A stretch of DNA of 63,470 bases, filler included, from Perkinsus chesapeaki ATCC PRA-425 (lineage: Eukaryota > Protista > Perkinsozoa): assembly GCA_013115145.1 (NCBI GenBank). It is 9 parts of 9 records of this genome, joined end to end, with 100 filler letters (N's around TTAATTAATTAA, not from the genome) between each part and the next. Parts side by side here need not be neighbours in the genome. Positions count along the whole stretch, not along the records: positions 12,287 to 22,996 come from JAAPAO010000878.1; positions 23,097 to 26,143 come from JAAPAO010001472.1; 7 more parts are not named here. The stretch is one strand, 5' to 3'. This document shows positions 12,287 to 23,930 of the stretch, in pieces. The notes beneath the pieces are model-generated. The model did no database searches. It was not told where the DNA came from and worked only from the letters and a program-made list of their open reading frames with translations. Made by a program: the position numbers and the translations under genes. The stretch's first letter is position 1, and every line of letters starts with the position of its first letter.

Positions 12287-12687
12287 ACGATTGGTACACA
12301 TAAATTACGTACACATGAAACTCGTACACGGAATTTTTGACTTTCGACTGGTACACCAAGTTCCCGTACACTCACATCTCTGTCGACAAAATGTGATACA
12401 CCAAAAATAGGTTCAGGATCAAGTAGTACACAAAAATTCCGTTCATATGAGTGTCGTACACTAAGATTTGGTTCAGTTCGATTTCGTACTCCTCGAACTC
12501 GTACACCCGATTGCTACACTTATCCGAATTTTTCTCAGTTCAGTAGGGAGATCACTAATTTGTTAATCCAAAGGTTGAGCGTTCAATTCCCAGAGGCGAC
12601 ATAACTGGCAAACTTTCTCTGTCCGGCGGAGCGATTAGCACTTTTTGGGAGATCAATATTGAGCCAGTGCGACTTTGAATTGCATAG

Positions 12688-13370
12688 TCAGATTGCTCTA
12701 GTGGTATGAGGGCCATCTGACACGGGCAAGGTTCTTAACTCGAATCTGGCCGAGAGTATTTTGAGTTCATGGGAGTGTGAGCAGCTGAAAGCTTGGGGCG
12801 ACAAAGCCGGGAGTTGTAGCGCCGGCGAAGCCCGCTTGAAAAATTTCAAAAGGGGCAAGATACGACTATGGGCGTCATCCCACTCAACATCAACATGACC
12901 AAAGGCACGAACCGCGAACACTTTACCCTTATAATATCGCCTCCGCGGTCTCCTACGATTCGGGACAATAACATCCTATAGTACACTCACGCATACCAAT
13001 TAAGCTCGGAAGTATATCAGCATATGGGTCTGCAGTACTATCACAGGGTAGCCATCACACTCTCTTTCAATAGAATGTCGGCAGTTGTAGTAGTCACGAC
13101 TCCAATCACCCTCAAATATCCCTTGAGCTCAGCAAGCGCACGATCAACTGTATCTTAATCGGTTGTCCACGACTTGCTATCTATCGGCTGTCCACAACCT
13201 CGCCCTTCACAGTCTCCAGGCTTTCTCTGTCTCCAGAGAGTAGGGCTGGCCCATTTTCCTCACGATATTAGCGTAGTACGCATTGTCATTGTCGGCCACA
13301 TCTTCTACTTCATCAAGCGCCTTGGCGATGTGGCGGACCACCACGCCGCGCACAGCAAGCGCCTCTAGGG
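12688..13370 (-). CDS. Hypothetical protein exons or fragment
   Basis: Protein-like blocks LEALAVRGVVVRHIAKALDEVEDVADNDNAYYANIV and FAVRAFGHVDVEWDDAHSRILPLLKFF. No family recognised. Confidence 0.35.
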
Positions 13371-13696
13371 CAATCAGTACCCGTTGTTGTTATGATTAGT
13401 TGTTAGTAACAAATTGTTAATGATAGGACGTGAATCGATGATAGATGAATTAGCATTATTAGTATAATACTAATACTTCATCCATCATCGATATAATAAT
13501 AGTATACTATTATTACATCGCATTACTAGTAATAACACAATTCTAAATTATAAGGAACAAGTAAGAGAAGATTATTACGTTATTGGTATTGGAGGATACG
13601 TTGAATAATAGCAAGGTAGTAGTATAGCAGCAGTTAATATTATTAACTCCATTACATACAGCATACTATTGGTTATTAAATAATAAAGAGAGTATG

Positions 13697-16083
13697 TTAT
13701 TCCATAACCTCATCCTCGTCTTTATTATTATTATTATCATCATCATCATCATCATCTGTGGCTAGTCCAGCTTCACTATCATCATCAATATCATCGACAT
13801 CATCATTTGTGTTTGTGATATTTGTAATATTATTATCATCTATCATAATAATATGATATTCATAATTATAATAATTGATATTACCTTTATCATCTTCATT
13901 ATTATTCATCATCATAATCTTATTAATGGTATCAATTAATGCTTTTCCCGCATTATTACACTTAATATTATCATCATTTTCAGACTAACAATGTGAATAT
14001 TTACTTATTATAAATGTGACATGTAATTATCGTCCTCATTACCTTATTAACCGCATTAACTATATTTTCTATACCACCACCTTCATTATTTACTTTATCT
14101 ATTATCCATTGATATTTATGTTTATTATTAGTATTTAATATAGCCTTTAATATAAATGCCCACCTAGTTGTTGATAAATATGCTATATCATATTTATTAA
14201 CATATTCTTTTATTATATCACAGGTAATATCTTTAACTAAATCACAATCTGATTTGAGTATTAATACCAATATAAATGATACTAATTCACCACATATATC
14301 ATCATTATTAATATTATTATTCGATTCTCCTCTCCTGTCTTCGCCTTTATTATTATTATGTTGTAATATATTATTTAATATATATTCAGTTACACTACAA
14401 TCATTATCATATTTACCCATACTACAACATAAATATAATAATATAACACTACCATATCTGTTACATGCCATATCATATAACGAATAAACTTTATTATTAG
14501 TATTATCATTTATTATATTATTTTTAATTCTTGTTATTACTTTATTCCGTATCTAAATTATATTACAGTATATCGTAATATACAGTAATAACAATAATAT
14601 AATTATTATTACTACTACTACTACTACCTCTTTAGTTCTTATTTTATCATCTTTCATTGATAATGGTTTTGGTAGATTAATTATTTCCCTATAATATTGT
14701 GGATAGAACCTTTCTCTTCTCTCTCCCATACAATATAATAACACCTAATAATAATAATAACAATGTCGTATTATTATTATTATCGTTCATATTATTATTT
14801 TTATTACTAAATGACCATATTGATCCATTATCATATTATTAATATTATCATCGTCTGATATTAATTCATGTAATATAGTTTTAGATAATAATACAGTATC
14901 ATCAGTACATTGTAACATTCTTATTATTACTATACTATCAACAGCATTATTTGATAATGCTATATAATTCCCTTTACATTCCTTAATTAATACTTTCTTC
15001 TCTTTAGCACTAGCATAACCAAATAAACGACTAAATACCATAGCACCTTCTTTAGATGATAATAATCTAATAATAATAATGTGTATAATAATAAAATGTT
15101 TAATTATAATTACTACCTTGTAGCACCTTCATTAGTTATTTGTAGTAATTGCTTTATTATATCATCACTTTTATCAAGTTTATCAGCTATTTCTAACGTT
15201 GATAAGAATAATTTATGAACTAACGGTCCATTATCAATCAATTCCTTATCAACGCATTTATGACATAACTAATAATAATATTAATAATGATTATCATGTA
15301 TTAATAATAATAATACTAATACCTTCATTCTATGTTCTAATAATTTATTATCATCATTATTATTACTACTTGTAATATCAAACGATGGTGGTGTTGATAT
15401 AATATGAAATATACGTCTAATAATAATATATTATTATATATTATATATAATAGTATTATTACCTTCTATATTGTGTTGGTATTTTAGTATTATTATACAT
15501 ATTAGATAGGAATCGACAACCAATACGATGTATAAATAATCGTTCAACATTATTTCTATCATTTAATAATGGTTTTATTAATATATCAATAGTTAATTTA
15601 CGATCAGTTTTTAAACCATATATTATTAATCTTTCAATTGCTAACATACCATATGCTTTACCTTGTAATATAGCATCCTTTATACCACCACCATTATCAC
15701 CATCTTTATTATTAACATTTAATAATGTTATTATTGATTTCCTTTGATTATTATTACCATATTTCATACATGCTTGTATTACTCTACTACCCGAATGATT
15801 TAATATATAATTATTAATACCCTTATTCTTAACTTGTTTTAGTATATTATCAACTATATCATATTTATCATCATTAACATTATTACCATCAATAAGATTT
15901 GAATATAATTTATTAATAATCCTTCTATCTTCCCAATTTGGATTATGTTTAATAATATTATTTTCTTTATTAATACGTCTAACTTTAGATGTTGATGATG
16001 TTGATGGTGAATTAACTAATATATAGTACTATATAAATAATATGTATTATTATAACCTTCATTCCTTTTCCTTTTAACAACAT
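13697..16083 (-). CDS. PUM3: Pumilio homology domain protein PUM3/Puf6 (nucleolar PUF), multi-exon, Asn-rich
   Basis: HSGSRVIQACMKYGNNNQRKSI, LIERL/LFIHRIGCRFL, VFSRLFGYASAKEKKVLIKECKG, IRMLQCTDDTVLLSK and DQYGHLVI are PUF6/PUM3-type repeats. Acidic C-terminal tail. Confidence 0.85.
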
Positions 16084-16214
16084 TCCCTCTATTCCCTTTA
16101 TTATCCTATTACAATCTCAATTATAATATTATATTAATATGTATTACTTTATTATCCTTTCCTTTATATATTGCCATTAATAATAACAACAACAACTACA
16201 ACAATAACAGTGTT

Positions 16215-16369
16215 TAAGCCCCAGTAGGGCATTAGCCGCCCGCCGCCCCCGCCTTAGTAGGTTGCCGGTCGATTCTCGCGCGCCCTAATATTAAGGCGGG
16301 CGCGGGCTACGGCATTACGTGCGCATTATTTGGGATTTGAGGCGGCGGCGGGCTGGCGGCCTTCACAGA
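16215..16369. promoter_or_regulatory. GC-rich putative bidirectional promoter between divergent PUM3 and TPR genes
   Basis: ~150-bp GC-rich block (GCCGCCCGCCGCC ... GGCGGCGGCGGGCTGGCGGC) within very AT-rich DNA, between divergent ATGs at 16083 and 16370. Confidence 0.55.
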
Positions 16370-19300
16370 ATGGATTTGAATAGAGCTGATAAGATCATAG
16401 ATGATATTGGTTATATAGTAATAATAATTATATAATGTTATATTAAGCTGGTATAAGGTATCATATAATGTTATATTATTAAAATATGATGATGATATTA
16501 TTGATAAAGCTATTGAAGGGTTATGTTATAATCATCCATTATATAAGAATTGGGCTGTATTAAAAAGGTTAGTGGTAATATTATTAATATTATTAATATT
16601 ATTAATATTATTAATATTATTAATATTATTAATATTATTAATATTATTAATATTATTATTAATAGGTTAAAAATAATACATTAAAAAGTGAATTAGATAA
16701 GCTACTTAATAACACAAGAAGGCAAAATAAATAATATAAATGCATACATGTTATTAATATCAATTAGTTATTTTGTTATTGTTTATAATTAATATATTTT
16801 ATTATTAGTTTTATAAATATTATATGAATAATAATTGGGAATATTTTAAAGATTCATCATCATTATATTATATTCACGATAGAATAGAGGAATTAGAGCC
16901 CGAGGTAGTAGTTGTAGTAATATGATAGTATTATTATGGTTGTTGTTATTATTAGATATCCCGTAATATGGGTAATAATGAATATAATAATGGTAAGTAT
17001 AATAATGCAATTACTAAATGGCAAGGTGGTTTAAAATATATATTTAAATTATTCTGTAATAGTGGTGATGGTGGTGGTGGTGGACCTGAATTATTAACTA
17101 ATAAGAGTTTAAGTGATTATGATATATTATTAAATAGTAATATATCAATGGCATATCTTAAATTAAATAATTATAATATGTGTATTACATATTGTAATAA
17201 AGTATTAAATAGAAGAACACAAGTTAATAATAAAATATTAATAGAGAAGGCATTGTAATAATAATATTAGCTAATCATTAGATAGACATTAAGATTATAG
17301 AATTAGTATTATAATAATACTAGGTACCGTAAATGTATATCAGAATATAAATTAGGTAATATTGATGATAGTTTAAATACAATGGATGATTTATTATCAA
17401 ATATTAATAATGTTAATAATAAGAATGCCGTATATGCACTCAATCATGAGGTAATAATAATAATAAGTTAATGTTGTTATTATTACTACTATTAGATAAG
17501 GAAAGCTAATAATATAGAAAATAAACGTAATAAACGTGATATGATGAAACTATTTAAAAGAGTTGAAGAAGATAACAATAAAAGGGATAATGATGATAAT
17601 AATGATGATAATAATAATGTTATATTATGGATGGATAAGGATTGGAGTGAAGAACAATTGAATATATGGATGGTAATAATAATAATAATATGTATTATTG
17701 GTAGTAGTAGTACGATTGTTGTTGTTGTTATTAGAATAATATAAATCGTGTTAATTATCATAGAAGTATCGCATTTACTATATTATATAGTATAGATATA
17801 TTACAAAAAGATAACGGTGTAAATATAATTAAACATGATAATAATAAATTATCTATTTATATTATCGGTGCAACATCATCATTCGAATTAAAGTAATGAT
17901 AATAATAATATAATGATTAATAATAATAATATTGTTGTTGTTATTATTAGATATATAAGAGCATTATGCTTAGCTGAATTAGCAATAAGATTACCAAAAT
18001 CAATTACTAATATAAATATAGTAATAAATATTATTATAACATTACAACTACGATAAAGAACAACCCGAACAAAAAAGAATTATCATTATTTAGATCCTTA
18101 TTGGATTTAATAATAATAATGATGATAATATAATTAATGGTAATGTTATTGATGAAAAAACATTTGATAAAGGAAAAAGATGTATTAAAGTTTATACGTA
18201 ATAACAATAATAATATTGACAGTTGATTAGTTAATAATATTAATTATCATCAGATATAAAGGATTATACCATAATGTTATACATGATTATCATAATACTA
18301 ACCACAACCAGGAGGACGATCATCATCATCACCAACTTGGTGGTGGTGGTGGTGGTAGCTGTTGTGCGGATATAGTTATGTTATTTAATCCATTATTAGA
18401 TTATTATTATGATAAATGGGCACCAACTATTATACAATTAATAAATGATAATGTAATAATAATAACAACCATCAGGGTAATATAATCATATAAGTAATCA
18501 TGTTGAAGGATGATGCGAAAAAAAACAAGAATAATAATAAGAACCCTCGTTATAATGCTACTTGTATTCGATATATACACCACCACCGCCACCTAAAATA
18601 GCAGCAGCAGCTCACCGTAGCTTTTAGTTAATATTGTATCTTAAGTATTACCTATGAATCATGCTTCTATTGTTGGATTACCACAACACTTTACCGACAA
18701 CAGTTATCTGCCTAACAATACTGTAGGCAGATGCAGCGTGAGAAGGAGGACTGTAACTAGGTATCATTAATTCTAATCATCACCTAGTAACCGCCGTTCC
18801 TTAGGACATCACGGCCTATACACCCATGTTTTCTTCTACATACCTTATAGTTATTTAATAATTAGTAACCGTAGTAGTAGTACTTACGGTACTACTGTTG
18901 GTGCCTCCTCAAAGGACTATTATATTTACACCAAGAACAAATGCTTCTTGTTTTATATGCATCTTTTTATTGTTTATCATATTTGGTGTATTAATACTAC
19001 TACTGTCTTGATAAATTTACTTCAAACCACCACTACTATCGCCACCACCAATGTCGTCGTCGAATCTCCTCTTATTGTACTACTTGTTGTACCCAAATGT
19101 TGTTGTTGGCTAAGTGCCTAAGCTGCTATGTATATCATTATTAATAGGTACCAGTCGTTGTTGTTGGACAACTTAGTTATCCAAATAATAAAAGTTGGGA
19201 TAATGAAGAGATAATATTAAAAGAATTAGGGTGTAATATAGTTATACCAAGAAGGATAAATCCATTCCCTATACTTATACAACAAGAACAAGAAGGAGTA

Positions 19301-19601
19301 TTGAATATGGTTAAAAAGAATAATCATCTTTGTGCATTTAAAGGAGGATGTTATAGTAGCAAAATAAATAAGAGCAAACGGTAATGATGTATATGTTATT
19401 ATTATGTTGTTAGTGCTTCTGCTGATGCTGATGCTGATGCTGATGTATGTTATAATTATTATTAGGTTTTTATTAAATGATGATGATGATATATTCTATC
19501 ATAAGTTGAACCTTATTGCAAATGATATTTATATACCATTTAATAAAGATGATAATAACAACACCATCATCAGTCATCAGTCAGATATTAATGATCAATA
19601 A
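16370..19601 (+). CDS. TPR-domain protein fused to an MSS51/ZMYND15-like C-terminal domain, many exons, one apparent frameshift
   Basis: TPR part: MGNNEYNNGKYNNAITKW, LLNSNISMAYLKLNNYNMCITYCNKVL, EKAL..YRK. Later exons: SIAFTILYSI, LSIYIIGATSSFE, YKGLYH, DIVMLFNP, KWAPTIIQLI, ILKELGCNIV, NNHLCAFKG. The 3' end (19384 or 19601) is uncertain. Confidence 0.65.
16583..16660. repeat. 9-bp tandem repeat (ATTATTAAT)n, intronic
   Basis: About 8 units seen directly. Confidence 0.85.
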
Positions 19602-19683
19602 TATTATATTTCCTTTATTAATATTTAGTTAACACAATAATAATTATAATAGGAGCATTAACTGTAGGAAGGTACCCTTATTA

Positions 19684-21622
19684 TTATACAGTATTATGAT
19701 TGTGATTATTATGATAATGTGGGCACCTTTTAACAACTCGGTATTTAATATCATCATCTTCTTCATCTTGTTGTTGTTGTTGTTGTTTTCTTTTTCTTTC
19801 TTCTTGTTGATGTTTTAATAATCTTAAATGTTTTCTAGCAAACACTTCAACATAAAAGTTAGCCCCATTCCAAATAGTTATCATTAAACATAATGCACAT
19901 AATATATAATTACATAATTTATTATTATACCATATAAATGATGGTAATATAGTTAATGATGTTAATACCATTTGAGCAATACCGTACCAAATCCACATTG
20001 TATTATCAGTTATATATTTACTTCTTCTTTTTAAAAATGGACCATGTAATGATACTAGATGTGAATATGATGTAGCATATTCTGGATTACCTTGTATATG
20101 AAATATATTATTAGTAACAAAACCATATAATAATAAATGTATTAAATACACAAATATTGGTATAATTACTAATAATATAAATAATGATGATTTACTATTA
20201 TTATTATCATCTAATGTTACTGCAAATCTTTGATTATGATTATTATTATTATTATTCCATCTTAATAATGTAACCATAAATAATGGTCCAAGATGTATAA
20301 AACATGAAGTAGTTTTATCCATAGAATGAAATACTAATGAATTACGAAATACAATAACTGCCCATGCTAATGGACCAGTAACCAATCCATATGTTATTAT
20401 AAATAATTTATTGGAATATGGGATAAACCAATAATATATTAATACTAATATATTACCAAAATAACAAAAGTCTAATAAATAAAAATGCCATTTTCTTTTA
20501 TAATAAGTTATAAATCTTAATGGCATTAATATAATAAACTTTAAAGTATAATATATTGGATATATATTAGGTTTACCAGATATTAACATACATGTTAATG
20601 CAAAATCACATACACCAATAAAGAATGCTCTCTATTACATAATAACAATAATAAATAATATCAATATCACCATTATTACCTTGTCCTTTTGTCTGATCCA
20701 TATAGGATCATCAACATTTTCTAATAGTAATTCTTCAATATCAACATCATCCATTAATTCTAAGGTATCACTATCACAATCAGCAATAATATTACCTAAT
20801 AATAAAAAGCAACTACCATCAATAATACAACAACTATTAGTCTTAAACACCTTCCTTAGAATCTTCTTTAATATTATCATTTACGCCTTCTTTAATATTA
20901 TCATTTACGCCTTCTTTAATATTATCATTCACGCCTTCTTTAATATTATCATTTACGCCTTCTTTAATATTATCATTTACGCCTTCTTTAATATTATCAT
21001 TTACTATTGGTTGAGTAACTACTTGTGATATATTATTAGTATCTAAAATGACATCAATATGGTATACCTATTTGTTAATAATAATACTACTTACCATTAT
21101 ATTGCATACCGCCACCACCACCTGCTGCTGCTGATGTGGTTGTTGTTGTCGTTGTTGATAATAATATGTTATATTCTTCTTTTAAAGGTAATGATGTACT
21201 TATTGTTGAACCACCTTGTATTAAATACATCATTGATGCCAATGTCTCTGTTCTTGTCATACTGCTGCTACTAGTATAATCATCATTATTATCCTTTATT
21301 AATGGATTACTGCTACTACTACTAGTATAATCATCATTATTATCCTTTATTAATGGATTACTGCTACTACTAGTAGTATAATCATCATTATTATCCTTTA
21401 TTAATGGATTACTGCTACTACTACTAGTAGTATAATCATANNNNNNNNNNNNNNNNNNNNNNNNNNNNNNNNNNNNNNNNNNNNNNNNNNNNNNNNNNNN
21501 NNNNNNNNNNNNNNNNNNNNNNNNNNNNNNNNNTCATTATTATCCTTTATTAATGGATTACTGCTACTACTACTAGTAGTATAATCATCATTATTATCCT
21601 TTATTAATGACGATGACATCAC
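19684..21622 (-). CDS. GPC1: Glycerophosphocholine acyltransferase GPC1 (DUF2838) with a repetitive N-terminal extension
   Basis: LRFITYYKRKWHFYLLDFCYFGN, LAWAVIVFRNSLVFHSMDKTTSCFIHLGP, WNGANFYVEVFARK; multiple transmembrane segments. Upstream exons join in frame through 21622. Confidence 0.88.
20863..21005 (-). repeat. 24-bp coding tandem repeat (VNDNIKEG) x6 within GPC1
   Basis: (CTTCTTTAATATTATCATTTACGC)n. Confidence 0.9.
21270..21610 (-). repeat. ~48-bp coding tandem repeat (SSSSSNPLIKDNNDDYT-like) spanning an N gap
   Basis: Repeated TAGTATAATCATCATTATTATCCTTTATTAATGGATTACTGCTACTAC units on both sides of the gap at 21441-21533. Confidence 0.88.
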
Positions 21623-21757
21623 TAGTTGTATATGTGATTTTTGTTTGTCTTCTTTAATGATAAAGAGGCCTGATAATATATAACTAATAATGACTGATAT
21701 ATCTTAATAATAACCACCCCATAATACAACACCATTTAATATTATTGAAACTACTTA

Positions 21758-22522
21758 TTAATCAACCAATGTTGCTGCACCAGATCTCTTCATAGCATTA
21801 CCTTTACGATGACCACCACCACCGCCACCATGTTTTCTACTTCTACCTTTTTTAGTTGTTTCATTACCAAATATAATTACATCATCAGGTATTGTATTGC
21901 CCCAATTATCGAGTATATAGTCAAATAAATCTTCTTCAATATCACCTTGTATTTCTATTATATTATTATTAACAATACCACATCCACAAGCAAACTTCTT
22001 AGCAAATACTTTACAACAATCTTGTAGATTAATACCATAATTGTCCAAACCATCAACACTTGTAATTGTTTTACGTTTATTACGTATAACTTTACGAATA
22101 GTTATAACAGCGGCGGATGATGATGATGATGATGAAATGCCTCCTTGATCTACTGGTGCTGGTGCTGGTGGTGCAGAATGATCGGTGACCCTAATAATAG
22201 TAGATATGTTAATAATATTATTATTACATTATATTATTTAATGTTTCATTGTTATATTGTGGATATAATAATGGATATTCTTCAATTGCTGTTTTACAAC
22301 ATTTATCCCAATTATTACCATATTCGCAATAATCTTTAGGTAAGCCACATATCTATATATAATAATAATATATAATAATACTGCAAGTATTACATTACAA
22401 TATGTTACTTTAATACCACCATCATTAATCATATTATAACCATATTCGTTATATTCTTTATATGGTAATATATCATTACGTAATATTAATAATTCTTCAT
22501 CACTTACTTCTTGATATACCAT
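21758..22522 (-). CDS. DENR: Density-regulated protein / Tma22 (translation reinitiation factor)
   Basis: N-terminal VTYC|ICGLPKDYCEY zinc motif and SUI1 domain YGINLQDCCKVFAKKFACGCGIV..IIEIQGD. Confidence 0.88.
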
Positions 22523-22996
22523 TTTCAATAAGCTTTAACCTTAACCACGGCTACTACACACTGTGCCCCCTGTAGCTGTACAACCTTAGATTTACACAAA
22601 CGACAAGAACCTTAGATTTATAATGTGCAAGATGACCTTCTCGCTCCGATACGTCAGTCCAGCAGCTTCAAGCTTTCTCCTATTTGGCCTTGAATATCCT
22701 CAGTTATTAGGTCACTGGTAATGATAGTGATTGGTAAATGAAAGTAGAGGAACCGATGCTGGACCCTGGAATTTATACGCCGCAAGCGAAACGCACCTCA
22801 GAGATGATTTCCACCACCCGCCCCTTAACAATATAACCTATATTATATCGATTATGATGGCGAGCGCTTATTGCTACGACGGCAGGGCTACGCATATTGT
22901 GAGGGTAGTATAGGGTCGTGATCGTGAACGGGGACAAAGATGTCGTCAGCTGTAGACGGAGCGAGACGAGGATCAATCCTGTGATCAAATGGAGAA

Positions 22997-23096
22997 NNNN
23001 NNNNNNNNNNNNNNNNNNNNNNNNNNNNNNNNNNNNNNNNTTAATTAATTAANNNNNNNNNNNNNNNNNNNNNNNNNNNNNNNNNNNNNNNNNNNN
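22997..23096. other. Artificial contig-joining linker
   Basis: Same 100-bp linker. Confidence 0.97.
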
Positions 23097-23650
23097 GACC
23101 AATTGATTTCTCAAAGTTCGCTGTCGTGTACGCTGGTGCCCAAAAGAATCTTGGACCTGCTGGTGTTACTGTTGTTATCGTTGATGAGAAGTATTTGGGT
23201 CATGAGATGCCCATTACTCCTGCTTACTTAAACTGGGCTACTATGGCTAAGGCTGATTCTATGTATAACACTCCTGCATGTTATGCTATTTATGTTACTG
23301 GACTATATCTTAAGTACACAAAGGCCCATGGTGGACTTAAGCATTGGGATGATCTTGCTGAGAAGAAATCAAATCTTCTTTATCAGGCTATTGAGAACAG
23401 TAACGGCTTTTACAATGCACCTGTTGAGAAGAACGTTCGATCTCGTATGAATGTACCCTTCGTAATCAAGGATAATGATGATGATTTAAAGAAGAAGTTC
23501 CTTGCTGAGGCTAAGGAGGTTGGTCTTGTCACTTTATCTGGTCATAGAAGTGTTGGAGGTCTTCGTGCAAGTCTATACAATGGTATGCCTTTGGAAGGTG
23601 TTCAACGTTTGGTAGAATTCATGAACAAGTTCTACAACGAGAATAAGTAA
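23097..23650 (+). CDS. PSAT1: Phosphoserine aminotransferase, 3' portion (5' end cut by the contig edge)
   Basis: YAGAQKNLGPAGVTVVIV (PLP lysine), SMYNTP, RSRMNVPF, GHRSVGGLRASLYNGMP. Confidence 0.95.
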
Positions 23651-23930
23651 GTGTATGTTGCTTCTCGATCCCTTCACCATAACGAGATCAATCGTGAGAC
23701 TTTATTATTGGAAGGACCGATTGGCGAGATCCTCAGACCGTAAATGCCTTAGCCCTTGTTTAGCGTTTCTGAGGTCCCCAAGTGGCCTTTCCTCAAGTGT
23801 AGCTAGTAGTGAGCTGTATCTTTTCTTAACAATTTGGTTGACTTGTGTTAAGCAGTGGGAGATCGGCAGGCGTCTACATAACGCGAAACTCAGGAGGGTG
23901 AGTCGTCAGTTGGCGCAGGGACTGATCATA

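Noticed and set aside
17673-17744. C-terminal membrane anchor on the TPR protein
   Set aside because: The hydrophobic stretch is a GT..AG intron; splicing continues in frame into the next exon.
18490-19180. Stop-codon reassignment (alternative genetic code)
   Set aside because: Neighbouring genes end at standard stops and use CAA/CAG/TGG normally; decay is the simpler explanation.
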